NCBI GenBank assembly: GCA_951406725.2
Contig: OX597831.1
Coordinates: forward strand, 57,412,001 to 57,476,000
Source of the DNA: Octopus vulgaris
Taxonomy: Eukaryota
DNA: 64,000 bases
Direction of reading: 5' to 3'
A program made the translations under genes and the position numbers. Positions 40,156-53,498 of this stretch are shown in pieces. Under the pieces are notes generated by a model, which saw nothing but the letters and a program-made list of their open reading frames with translations, searched no databases and was not told where the DNA came from. Within the stretch, counting starts at the first letter, position 1, and every line of letters begins with the position of its first letter.

Positions 40156-40627
40156 TGTATATATTTGTGTGTGGGCATATATATATATATATATATTGTG
40201 GTTGTTTTTTTAATACTTAGAAGAGTGCGAATAGGATAATTTACATTATGAAACAATTTTATGATATGTCTCCTGTTCACTGAAATTTTATTGTTGTTTC
40301 TTTATAATTCTACTTCAAGAACTGTCCGGTGTGGATAGAATTAAATGTTCTGCGATTAAAGTGATATTTTGGAATTCACAAGCTCATTTCTCGTGTTTGT
40401 TTCAAGTACACACTATAGAATAATATTTTAAATGTCTGTGTGCTGCATTGAACTCTGAATACTCAACATTGCCAAATCATGAAAGGCTGAAGGTTTTGTA
40501 CACATCAAAACATCAAAGCTCTTACCGGTTGATGAGAATGAGAGCTTGTAGATTCGAAATCTCGTTTTCCGCTTTCGTATTTTTTTCTTTTTGTAGTATA
40601 GAAAAACTGTATTTCCTATATTCAAAG

Positions 40628-40717
<90 letters not shown>

Positions 40718-40725
40718 GTGTGTGT

Positions 40726-41034
40726 GGAGGCGCAATGACCCAGTGGTTAGGGCAGCGGACTCGCAGTCGTAGGACCGCGGTTTCGATTCCCAGACCAGGT
40801 GTTGTGAGTGTTTATTGAGCAAAAACACCTAAAGCTTCTCGATACTCCGGCAGTGGATGGTGGCGATCCCTGCTGTACTCTTTCGCCCCAACTTTCTCTC
40901 ACTCATTCTTCTGTTGGTCTGCTCGCTTAGCCAGCTGGGTGGCGTCATTTGAAGGCTAAAACAATGCGAAGCGCATTGTGACCAGCGATGTGTAGCAACA
41001 TCTGATAACCTGGTCGGTCACGGTGATCACGGTG
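40726..41034 (+). mobile_element. Full-length family C SINE
   Basis: Colinear with 43405-43714. Confidence 0.9.
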
Positions 41035-41639
41035 GTATATATATTACGGAGATGTACTTATATAGCAAGGGACCTGATCTGAGATCGTGTGCTGGAACGA
41101 AAACAATTGCAGCGTGGAAGGTGTTTATAAGCCATTTAAGAAACGCACAAAAACCGTTAGATTCACTTCAACATTTAAATTTAATTTGTCAAAATATTTT
41201 CAATGATAAAATTCCGTGCAGCACGGAATTTTGTCAGTGAACAGGATGAAAGGCAAAGTCGACCTCGGCGGAATTTGAACTCAGAACGTAACGGCATACG
41301 AAATACGGCTACGCATTTCGCCCGGTGTGCTAAAGTTTCTGACAGCTCGCCGCTTTCAAAAGTACTTAATACCACCCGACTCCTTTGGGTACTAACCTGT
41401 CAATCTCTACCCTCACCCTATACACATCCCTCTATTCAGTTTCATGCACCCTACATACCATGGCACTCCCCCTCCAATACCAACCCAATTCGGGCCTTTT
41501 TTTATTTTCTTTTACTTCTTTCAGTCATTTTGACTGTGGCCAAGCTGGAGCACAGCTTTTAGTCAAGGAAAGCGACCCCTGGACTTATTCGTTGTAAACC
41601 TGGAACTTATTCTATCGGTCTCTTTTGCCGAACTACTGA

Positions 41640-42497
41640 GGGATCTAGTTAGTTTCATTCGCAAAATGAGCCCCCTTTTAATTTTGCTCAGATTGTTTTC
41701 AATTTTGGCGTATCGATGAACTCTGAATTTTGGTTACGATCAACCAATTACTTTATCTCGTAAATTAAAGAATATTAAAGTTGGAAAATTTGGGTAATTT
41801 TAGCCAATCAACAGACAGCGTGGCATTAGCAGCTCGTTTTCATGACAACCGCACGCTGTTGTGTTTCACTTCACCCGTGTCTGTACCGCACGTTGTTCTG
41901 TGTTGATTCTCCACGCCACGAGAGTCATTTCACCCGCGTGCTTTGTTTTAATTTTTCTGTGTGTTAGTAAATTACATGTTTTCCTGTGCTTTTGTGTGTT
42001 AGTACTTTTACATGTTTTTCATTTCATATACTTTTCATACATATTCATTTACTTGGGACAAATTCTTTGTTGACCAGTGTTTTTTTTAAATAATAAAAGC
42101 ATACAGTCAATGAAGACACAAAAGAAACAGTAAGATGATACATGTTGATTTTATTAGGTATTTCAGTTTATTTAGAAACCTACAGTGAAATTCGGTATTT
42201 CTTTTTATTTAGAAGTCTACAATGAACAGGTCAGACGCTAAACTATAAATTTCACAGGGTGCAGCCTTAAAGCTGACACCGCTCCGCTAAACGCGGAAAA
42301 TTTGTCTCGCTATTGGCTAAAAATACACAGTTTTTCCGATTTTTAAACCTCTGTAACTTTTTCCCCCATCTTTTTTCTCCGCAACATCATACCTTCATAG
42401 CAATAAGACTGGAATACTACATTATTATAGTCGATTTTGAGATTTTTTACTTCCTTTTAAAAAATGCATATTTTGTGAATCAGTTTAACTAGATCCC
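41640..42497. mobile_element. 858-bp non-autonomous DNA transposon inserted in a family A SINE (41505-42590)
   Basis: TIRs gggatctagtta / taactagatccc; subterminal tagccaat / attggcta; SINE sequence resumes at 42499. Confidence 0.8.
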
Positions 42498-43358
42498 TGC
42501 TAAGCTACGGGGACGTAAACACACCAACATCGGTTGTCAATCGTTGGTGGGGGCGCAAACTCAGACAAAAACACGTAAATATATGCATATACATACTCAA
42601 TTGGTCTATTCATCAATTTAATTTACCCCAGTTGACCAATAGACCAACTGAGTAAACTTATCAGTAATGTACCTATAATGACTACTGGAAACAACTGTAA
42701 GCCAAATATTTTCCAATAAAGGAATTATATGAAATGACCATTATTTTAACTTGTTGCTGCTATAATCGGTTTTCTAAAAGACATTAGAAAACCGATTATA
42801 GCAGCGACTCCATCTAAGAATATCTGAAGAAGGAATATTATTCCGAAATATCATATCAGACTATTGATGACTAAATTACAACAGGTATATATCCCATTGT
42901 CTGTATTATAGTGCATTGTTGTACCATTCAAACTTTTTATTCTTTACAGACAATACACAATGCTTCAAGCGAACTACAATACTCTCCTATATATATATAT
43001 ATATATATATTGACGTTCACGCATCCATCGCAAATAGATGCTGCTTCTTTTATTTTAAAATATTTTTTTAAAATCCGCTTCTTCAAGCACTCATACGCTG
43101 ACATCCACGGAAGTGCAAATTAATCCAGTCATTACAAATGTGCCGCGGAGGGTGTGACAGCAGAACACTGCTCTTCAGTCCCAACTGGATTTCCACAGGC
43201 ACTGCACTTGTATCATGCTTACGGAGTAAATGCTTCAGAGCAGCATGTCCGCTTGCTTTCGTTTATAGATGTTACATTTATTCTTGACAATCTTTCTCCA
43301 CGAAGCACGATTTTCAGTCAATGCCTCTCAGTTATACACTTCTATTTCCAAAGCGTCA

Positions 43359-43404
<46 letters not shown>

Positions 43405-43406
<2 letters not shown>

Positions 43407-43714
43407 AGGCGCAAAGGCCCAGTGGTTAGGGCAGCGGACTCGCGGTCGTAGGATCGCAGTTTCGATTCCCATACCGGGCATTGTGAGTGTTTATTGGGCG
43501 AAAACACCTAAAGCTCCACGAGGCTCCGGCAGGGAATGGTGGCGATCCCTGCTGTACTCGTTCACCACAACTTTCTCTCACTCTTTTCTCTGTTGGCCTG
43601 CTCGCTTAGCCAGCGGGGTGGCGTCATTTGAAGGCTAAAACAATGCAAGGCGCATTGTGACCAGCGATGTGTAGCAACATCTGATAGTCTGGTCGGTCAC
43701 AGTGATCACGGTGA
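43405..43714 (+). mobile_element. Full-length family C SINE
   Basis: A- and B-boxes and gtcacagtgatcacggtg tail. Confidence 0.9.
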
Positions 43715-44036
43715 TATATATAATCTATGATGTGCTTTAATCGCACGGTACGTTCCTAGAAGAACTAGGGTTCCATATCTACGGTACGTTAGAGTAGTAT
43801 ACTCTAATATTGCATACCTAACCAAGTATACTGTTACGTATATATGGGGTTCAGCTATAATGCAGGAATAGAGCCAAATAAAATTGGAAGAATGACAGAA
43901 AATAAATTATTGATATTTCGAATTCTTAATTAGTACTCTCGTTTCAATAATTTATTTTCCCATAAAACCGTTTTATCAGCATTGCTGATGGAATTATTTA
44001 TACACATATGCGCGCGAGCGCATATACGCTCGTGTG

Positions 44037-44069
<33 letters not shown>

Positions 44070-44159
44070 ACTTAATATTCATAAATCATAGGATTGAGAA
44101 AGCTAGTGTTGCTTGAAAAGCAGTCTGGTTAGATCGGGGTATCACATGAAGCACAAAAA

Positions 44160-44900
44160 TCTCTCTGTGTATGAGACTTGTGTTCATACACCCCTGCTAC
44201 GTGGGTGTGGAATATGGACAACCTAAAGGCATCATATCAAACAGTTAGAGAAGTTTCATTAGTATTGTATCCGATGCTTCCTGAACACCAAGTGGTTTTT
44301 CTTACGCACCTGATGCTGTTACTGATGAACGCCAGTACTGAGAAAAGAATGATTTTGAATCAGATGTGTTGTGCTGTTCATGTTATCAGATTGGAAAATA
44401 GAAGAATGCTTAAACAGATGTTTTTTTTTTAATTGGGAAACTGACAAGATGAGAAAGGCCACAACATAAACCAAGGAAGTGATTTAAGGATGTAATGAAA
44501 GTCAATCTTCAAGCTTTGGAAATAGAAGTGTATAACTGAGAGGCATTGACTGAAAATCGTGCCTCGTGGAGAAAGATTGTCAAGAATAAATGCGACGTCT
44601 ATGAACGAAAGCAAACGGACATGCTGCTCTGAAGCATTTACTCCGTAAGCATGATACAAGTGCAGTGCCTGTGGAAATCCAGTTGGAACTGAAGAGCAGT
44701 GTTCTGCTGTGCCACCCCCCGCGACACATTTGTAATGACTGGATTAATTTGCACATCCGTGGATGTCAGCGTATGAGTGCTTGAAGAAGCGGATTTTAAA
44801 AAAATATTTTAAAATAAAAGAAGTAGCATCTATTTGCGATGGATGCGTGAATGTAATTCGAGTCCAGGTATGGATTTTGCTATGAAGTCACAATGGGGAC
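44160..44900 (+). mobile_element. Old RTE-clade LINE 3' fragment
   Basis: RLENRRMLKQM, RPQHKPRK.FKDVMK and ENRASWRKIV motifs; its last 339 bp are duplicated inverted at 43016-43354. Confidence 0.75.
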
Positions 44901-45276
44901 CCTCGCAATTTTAATTTTGTCTGGAATTGGACAAATGTACCTAAAGATATTATTTTTTTATTGCTGTGTTTCGTCAATTCAAACTGCTTTGGTGTATCAT
45001 GACATATTTTGCACCATGCAGATCGATCTAGGCAATAACTTCCCAAGATATCAAGTTAAGCTATAGAGGTTTTAATTGATTGCTTCAACTTATCGTTATA
45101 TCTAAGGACGGGTCTTCTCTCTATTTGTTGGTCAAGCAAAAGAATCTTCGGAAAGCGATCATCTTTCATTCGAACAACATGTCCTACCCATCTGCATTGA
45201 ATTCTCAGCAGCACGTTTTTGATACTGGAGATTACTTGATTAATTAATTAATTAAATAAATAATTGAGTAGCAGTT

Positions 45277-45334
<58 letters not shown>

Positions 45335-45818
45335 ATGATGATGATACCATCAGCAAATGATGGTATACTTATTAAGTTGATTGGAGCTGCTAGAAAATAG
45401 TTGGGGAAATAGTGTGTGTGCATATTAGAGAACTTGTTTCGGAATTAGGGCGAAGGAGTGTAATACGTGACAAAGTAATTTTGATGAAATTGATACATTG
45501 ATAAATTAATTGAAATGACAAGCAAGTCAGATATAGTTATTCAAGATTTAAACACAGAAATTAAAACCAAAAAATATTAAAAAAATACACAACGATTAAA
45601 TTCAAAAAGACAGGATAAGAAATTCGATATAAACACTAAAGATTAATTAGTACAGAATAACAGATAAAAATGCTATAGGGTTTGTGAGGGATATGGAAAA
45701 ATATCTAATTTTAAAAGGTTTGGGAGATGAATGAGATCTGGGTGAAGAAAAGAGGTAGAAAACTCAAAGCCGTAGTATGGACTATAAAGAAAGTTTGTAT
45801 GTATGTATGTACGTATGA

Positions 45819-45871
<53 letters not shown>

Positions 45872-46029
45872 CGTGTGTACATGTGTGTGTGTGCACGTGT
45901 GTGTGTGTGTCGGAACTTCCTTAGTTTAGTCGATAAGTATATCTCCCAAACATATAGATAAATAAAAATCTTCAACAGACATACTTTGAAAGTCTCTTTT
46001 AGCAGTCAGCTAGCGTAAAGAAAATATTA

Positions 46030-46900
46030 GTAAACAGGGTCAAACCTAACACAGAGACAGGCTGCTCATGCAGGGATAAGGCTGCATGCCTAGTAAACGG
46101 TCAAAGCAATAGAGAAACCGGTGTGTACGAGACAGAGTTAAAATCAAAGGACTCTAATGGAGCGACGGACATACGGAAACATGTGAGCGCGACGAAATGC
46201 CAGTTCAAAACCAGGTTCAACATCCACAAGTCCTCGTTTATATGAAAGAGAGACATCACAGTTCTAGCGAGATGTACTAATATTGAAGGAAACGCCGCAT
46301 ATTACATCAAATGGAGGATACTGGGAAAGTGCAAACCTTACCTTAACAGCAAAAGGAGTGCAAACAATGCATGGCAGATAAAAGAATCATTTTGATAAAC
46401 TCCCTTAAACAAAAGACCTACATTTTTCTTCCTCTTGCCCTCGTGAATGCTGGTACGCTTATGCTAAATGGTCGACTGCCCATAAGGATATAAATGCATC
46501 GATATGAGCACACATGGTTTTAAAATTAACACACCTCCACCCTTCTGTCTCCTCCAAATCTTCCCCCACCATTACCCACTGTCACCATCCTGTAAGTATC
46601 CTGTATAATGGGGTGGACTTCTTAACCACTGGCTAAAATGGATTAATCAAAGAGGCATAACACGAATGGACTTTATGAGCCGGTCTTGTTCTTTTCCATT
46701 TGAGTCTTCACCCCTGAATTTCATTCCAGTTGTTTTAAACAACCCTAAGACCTAAAATCCGGATGTGGCATTCTGAGGTTCCATTCACAAACAGCTCAAA
46801 CCATATTTATATTATTCAGCTATTTCTGATGATTGCTAGATTTGCCTCTAAATTTCTGGCATGAAACCATTTGGTAATTTGGCTATCATGAAACGATGAT
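46030..46900 (+). mobile_element. Decayed Penelope-like 3' end (GIY-YIG remnant and terminal repeat)
   Basis: VYE..., FKTRFNIHKSS and KWRILGKCKPY...CxxC..K motifs typical of PLE endonucleases; hammerhead motif downstream. Confidence 0.75.
46818..46884 (+). ncRNA. Type I hammerhead ribozyme candidate
   Basis: CUGAUGA-U-UGCUAGA...UCUGGCA-U-GAAA-CCAUUUGG-UA; stem I interrupted. Confidence 0.6.
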
Positions 46901-47204
46901 ATTATATAAATAATGAATACACACACAGTCACATACATAATATATGCATGGGTTTCTGTGTGTGTTTGTGTGTGTAATATTTTGGACTAATGAGTATATG
47001 TCAATTAGTGTGTTGATGTGTTGAGTAAAGCACTGGAACAGTTTGGGCTACCTGGTGTCATCCGCAGTTGGGGTATATTTCTACTTCAGGAATTCTGCAG
47101 TGTTAGTTGAGATAATAAATCGATTAAGTGACCAGAAGACAGAATTGGTATAACTTTTATACAAAATAAAGTCATACCAAGTCCATATTCTGCTTACTTA
47201 ATCG

Positions 47205-47254
<50 letters not shown>

Positions 47255-47964
47255 ACAAACTTCTTTCAGCTTCCGTCTTTCTCTCTATATATATATGTGT
47301 GTATGTGATTAATCCCCCCCTACCAAAGCGAAAAAAAACACACGAAAAAAGCAAAAAGCAACGACGCGTGGACGTGGTACATGCGACGCTCAGGGAAGGA
47401 AAGAAAGAGAGAGAGGAGGGAGGCAGAGAGAGGGACACATATATGAATGTATTGTATTATATATATTACATGTGTATCGTAAATATACATACACATACAT
47501 GCATACACACACACACACATACACACACACACACATATATATAATAAAACTGAAGATATTTGCACATTAGCACTTCCTTGAGAAACCATACAATTTGAAT
47601 CAACTTTTAATTATTTTTTAAATGCTTTCAGAAATTAATGCATATTATATATATTCTCTGCTTTTACTCTACCAAGTTGTGACAATTATACAGTTTTTAA
47701 AATGCTCATTCACTGCAAACTGCCGATATTTGCACTTAGCACTAACTTGAGCTAGCCACGCAATTTAAATCAACTTTTGATTATTTTTTAAATGCCTTAA
47801 TATAATGTTTAGCCACAATGCCCTAAGGCTCAAACGTCTCAACCCTTCCTAAGGCAATTTTGACAACTTTCTGAAACCGCTTAGCAAACAATACTACGAC
47901 AAAAATCATTCAGAAATTCGATTTAACACACCCTCTACCTTCACTTTGCAGATAACCCCGCAAT

Positions 47965-48609
47965 GCTAAGAAGCTTTTGAACAAACTCAAGCATCCCCTC
48001 CAACCGAACATGCTTTGGTTTTTCTCAGATGAGAAAAAATTCTGCCGGGATCAAATGGTGCAAAAGCTTCTTAGCGCGGTCTTTCCTCTTGTCCTTGATG
48101 GCTTGGGATAAAAATTGGCCCTTTCTCATTTTCTATGAGGTTTACCGAATGTCTTCATGCAATAACTGCCTAATAAGAAACTCAGACACTCCCAGGTCCC
48201 TGGCGATGGACCTGACTGATTTGGAGGGATTGTTGTCAATCATGGCCTGGATTTCGCCAACAAATTCAGGAGTTCTTTTCTTATCAAAATGATCAGAGTG
48301 AGTTTTCTGAGCTACCGTACCTTCGTAATCAACATTGGACTCGTCCAACTCCTTCCGAATCCTCTGCACTGTCCTCAGATTGACACCCAAACACTCTGAA
48401 ATGTTCGTATTGGAGCCTGCAACGCGAATACGAGGCAATTCATCATGTCGTTTCCAAATTTCTGGCAGAGAGAATTGCAACATGGTGCTGTTTTTCTCAC
48501 AGACCCTACTGACCCTACTATACTGACTAGTCGACAAAATCAAAAACAAACAATGCGCATGCGCGAAATTAAAAATATAAAATGGCGACGGTTTACCCAT
48601 GACACCCTG
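47965..48609 (-). mobile_element. Tc1/mariner-superfamily 5' fragment with inverted distal segment
   Basis: TIR cagggtgtcatgggtaaaccgtcgccattt; HTH motifs (LRTVQRIRK, SVRSIARDLGVSE); first catalytic FSDEK lies on the opposite strand. Confidence 0.85.
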
Positions 48610-48610
48610 A

Positions 48611-48654
<44 letters not shown>

Positions 48655-48865
48655 GTGTGTGTGACTGCGCAGATCCCTTCCTTAGGAGAAACACCACTCA
48701 ATGCTGGTTGCTCTGATACAGTTCACTGGAAGTTATAATGATAACAGCTCAATGGTGCTTGAAAAGACACTGCTCAATAGTGGCTGCGATGCAACATCTT
48801 CACGAAAATGGCGCGGTTAAATGAAACTAGCAATAATAAGGAATGTAAAAAAGATAATAATGATA

Positions 48866-48922
<57 letters not shown>

Positions 48923-49035
48923 TATATATATATATATATATATAATCAATTAATAAGGGTGAGAAAATTGGATACTAATTTAATAGTACATCTATTTAAC
49001 ACCAAAGAGTGAGCCACATAGTGACCACTCTCTTA

Positions 49036-49069
<34 letters not shown>

Positions 49070-49072
<3 letters not shown>

Positions 49073-49233
49073 GATGGGCTTCTTCCAGTTTCCGTCTACC
49101 AAATCGATTCCCAAGGATTTGGTCGGCCCGAGACAATGGTAGAAGACACTTGCCCAATGTGCCTCGCTGTAGGACTGAACCTGGAACCATATGTTCTGGG
49201 AAGCAAACTTCTCACCACACAGCCACACCACGC
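49070..49233 (-). mobile_element. Family A SINE, 5' half
   Basis: gaagacacttgccca...ctgaacc...accacacagccacacc. Confidence 0.8.
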
Positions 49234-49517
49234 CTGATGTTTCAAAAGAGTTTTTTCATTTCCATGGCATATATCAGTTCTACGATTAGATCAAAATAGT
49301 CAACTATGTATTACAAAATGTAATATATAACCAGCTGTTACGACCAATATAACTGTTATATATAATGACATATAACTGACAAGAGAAATTTTGAAACGAT
49401 CCAATTTCCTGGCTGCCGTTTGATTTTATCAAGCTATGAAAAATCGGGAACGGAAGATAATTTGTTTCGGTAATTCAGGAAACCCAAGTTATTATTATTA
49501 TTATTGTTACTATTATT

Positions 49518-49579
<62 letters not shown>

Positions 49580-49789
49580 CATCATCATCATCATCTTTTT
49601 TTACATTCCTTATTATTGCTAGTTTCATTTAACCGCGCCATTTTCGTGAAGATGTTGCATCGCAGCCACTATTGAGCAGTATCTTTTCAAGCGCCACTGA
49701 GCTGTTATCATTATAACTTCCAGTGAACTGTATCAGAGCAACCAGCATTGAGTGGTGTTTCTCCTGAGGAAGGGATCTGCGCAGTCATT

Positions 49790-51400
49790 TGCCCTGCTAG
49801 AAATAAGAACCAAATTACTCTGAAATCACAACCTACCGCCTTGAATTTATTTTTATTATCTCTCTCTTCCTCTCTCCGCATGCACATACACGCGCGCGCG
49901 CATACATCATCCTGTGCGATTTTACCGCGGCTACCGCTACAAATAATGCGTCTTCTTCACTATCCGCCAACTCATCTCTCTTCTGCCCTTTTGTCACCAC
50001 CAAATGCTTTCTCCCCAAGCTACTTAAATCCAACAAACCACAGTAACTATTTCACATAATATATTTTCTTCTACCTCGACACCTTCCTTGCTATCCTGGT
50101 TGCTTCTCTCCTTTTCCACATTCATGACACCGCTTCTTAAACTGCTACTTCTCTAAGCTTCTCTCATTTCGTTTTTATCACGTACACTGTTATGCTTCGG
50201 TGCACTCAGGCACTTTCTTGACCTCTGCACCACTCATTGTGCTAGCACTTCCACCCTCCTCCGTGTAGTAGAACTTGTTCTCACCCTCAATTTTCCTTCT
50301 TTAGCGGACGAGCTATACTGACAAAGGAATGGAGTAGTTGTAGGCACAAGGATGGGCCTAAACTAAGCCAACTTACTTGTTGGAAATGTTTAGTCCCAAA
50401 TCTTCTTTCGATTAATTCCACCCAGAATTATACGGCTGTTACATTTGCGATTATATCGGCACCGCGGAAAGCTAAATACTTTAATTTCCTTCATCAACTC
50501 CTTTCACCCTCTCTCCAGTTCAACTCTTCGATATACAATGCTACCCTTTATTTCTTCGGCATCAAACCGTCTCAATTTCTATTTCCTACGAACCCAACAA
50601 TTAACATTTTCAATTTCATTTTCCCTCTTCTCACCCCATCTGCACCAAGCGTGCCATCTTCTATTCCTAGTTCTACTGCTTCTGTCACTCTGCGACCACA
50701 ATCATTACTTTGAGATCCTGGCTCAACATATGGCCAGTCTATTCATTCGTCGTGGTTACTCCCTATATCCTTCTCCAAATTGTTCTTTCCTATGCCCGTA
50801 CCATTGATTGCACATTACCCCTTACATCTCACATCCAGAATCCAACATACTGCATACTTTATCTCCTCGCCTACTGCCTCGCCATCCTCTGCTTCTTCTG
50901 CCGCCTACATTCTGATCCTGTCATCTCTCGTTTCTTCTCTTTTCCCTTATTACTTCTCTTATGCACGCCTGAGAACTACGCGGTTCCTTCGTACATAGAT
51001 ACCCCTCCCCCACATCCCGTCCACCGTTCAGATCCCTTCCCTGCATCTGTCCTCACTGCATCACCTTTCTTTTCCAACATTACCACCCTCACTGGATGTA
51101 ACCACCGCACCCTACGCATTACGGACTTTTTCTAATGCACATCTAACAACCACAATATGCGATCCAATATTTCTTCTGTAATTTGATCTACACTGAGCAA
51201 ACCGAACACAAAATATGCGCAGGTTCATGGACCACCTCAAGGTCATTTCTGACCCGCTGTCCACTCCATCCACTATCTTTCGGCGTTCATGTTGGGCTCA
51301 ATAACGGATCCCCTGCCACATCATTTCACATAGCTCCATGCCCGCCAGAAAAACAACTCGCCAAAGACCATATAAAGCCAAAAGGAAACCAAGTGAAGCA
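49790..51400 (+). pseudogene. Heavily decayed Penelope-like retroelement (RT and GIY-YIG)
   Basis: Q..G...GTRMGP..ANL.VG (~50320), degenerate YIDD (~50440), FINSFHP, CTSNN..Y...CNLIY..QT (~51140-51200); C-rich plus strand. Confidence 0.7.
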
Positions 51401-51449
51401 CTATCTGAAGTCATTGTCACCCCTCTTATAGAAGTTTAAATATATGTAT

Positions 51450-51519
<70 letters not shown>

Positions 51520-51745
51520 GGGAGAGGGAGAGAGAGGGGGAGAGAGAGAGACAGAATGAAATAAGTAGAGGAAAAGCATACGCAGAGACGGAAAGTGTCG
51601 CTGCAGAGGTCACAAATGTGTGACGAAAGATTTCCGGACAATGGACATGAGTTAGAATAAAAACCGTAATAAACGAATGAAGAACGAATATATAGTGCGT
51701 GTGTTTCTTTGGCAAAAAAATAAACAAAAATGACCGTCCCGATAT

Positions 51746-51787
<42 letters not shown>

Positions 51788-52274
51788 ATACATAAAACTC
51801 CTCCCTCTCTCTAGTAAACTGTATTAATATGCGACAAAAGGTTACGTAGAGTTACAATCAATGTAGAAGGATTATCAAATATAATGGTCAAGGCGAAAGG
51901 AAAGGACAGGAAAACACAAGATAGATTATATTTTCCTTCATCAGCTGTTGACTGGAAGACCCGCAATTTCAGCACTTTAACAACAGGCACACACACGCAT
52001 GCACGCACACGAACACAAATACGGACACACACACGCACGAACACACACACACACACATAAACAAGAAATTTACAGTTCAAAAAGAATACTATGCGGGGGG
52101 AAATCTGATAGCTAGATAAAAGTTAATGATTCTGTAAGGTTGGATGGATATAGTTAGTGTGAAAAAGATTGTTTTGAAAGCATTAAATGGAAGTGAATAA
52201 TTATGGCCTGGGCCGATAACATTATCGGCCCAGGCCACGACAAACTTAATATCACCACCTGGTGATATTAAGTT

Positions 52275-52663
52275 GCTCTTGGCTGGGACATATCCAAGTG
52301 TTGGTGGTTTGTCTGGTAGTTTTTAGAGGAATTTGTTCAGATACAGTTTCTTTCGGTATAACGTTGAATAAAGTAGGACCATTTGCACTAAAAAAAAGTT
52401 CTAATGTTCTAATGTGATGTGAACTCGACTTCGGTAGAGAACGTATGGTGCTGAGGGATTGGCTTTGGGTGATTCGTGAACTCGATACCGATACTGTTTG
52501 GATAATAATGGTAGAATATTTTCCCCGCTGTACAAATAATGTAGCCCCCAGTGGGGCGTTGGGGAGACTAGGATTTCAACTTTTATGAGTTGAACCCAGC
52601 AATAAAGGTCCGTCATGCCATGTATTTTGTGTGTGTGGGGGGATATGTGTGTGTGTGTGGGGG

Positions 52664-52727
<64 letters not shown>

Positions 52728-53065
52728 GTGCACGTGTGTGATTGATCTTTGCAGTGTTTCAATCCTCATTATATCGTGTATTGTATAGGGGGAACCATAA
52801 CGGGTAGTAGTATTCGAGGTGAGGCCTAGCAAACGTGGGAAAGAGAAGGGTGATAGTTTCCTGATCTCTAGACTGGAAAGTTATGAGGATACATGAGTAC
52901 ATTCTGCGGACCATATTGATAATTTTTGTTTATGTGTGCACTCCAGCTAAGGTTACCGTCGACAGTTACGCCTAAATCTGTGAAATTATTCGACGGTATA
53001 AGTAGGTTTCCCGATAGTAGTGAATATGGTTGTTTCAGTACGTCTTCTTTTCCATGGTGGATAAA
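52275..53065 (-). mobile_element. Decayed CR1-group LINE 3' fragment
   Basis: DLGVTVDGNLSWSAHI, RPHLEY...W.P and NKFL...PDKP motifs. Confidence 0.75.
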
Positions 53066-53108
53066 CTCAAATTATGTGTGTGTGTGTGTGTGTGCAATTT
53101 GAGCTTAT

Positions 53109-53150
<42 letters not shown>

Positions 53151-53151
53151 G

Positions 53152-53183
<32 letters not shown>

Positions 53184-53199
53184 CAATTTGAGCTTATCC

Positions 53200-53258
<59 letters not shown>

Positions 53259-53467
53259 TAGAAAAAAAACACCTTTTATCAATTCAAAATGAACAATTAA
53301 ATTACACCATCTAGAAAATTGCATATAATAGAAAAATTAAAATTAAAATAACAATAAAATTTAACGATTAAGTAAATTGCAAAAAATAATAATAATAACG
53401 TATGTAATAGGTAGAAAAAAACGTATATAATAGGTTTGGATTTTATTCCCTCAAATAACGATAATAT

Positions 53468-53498
<31 letters not shown>

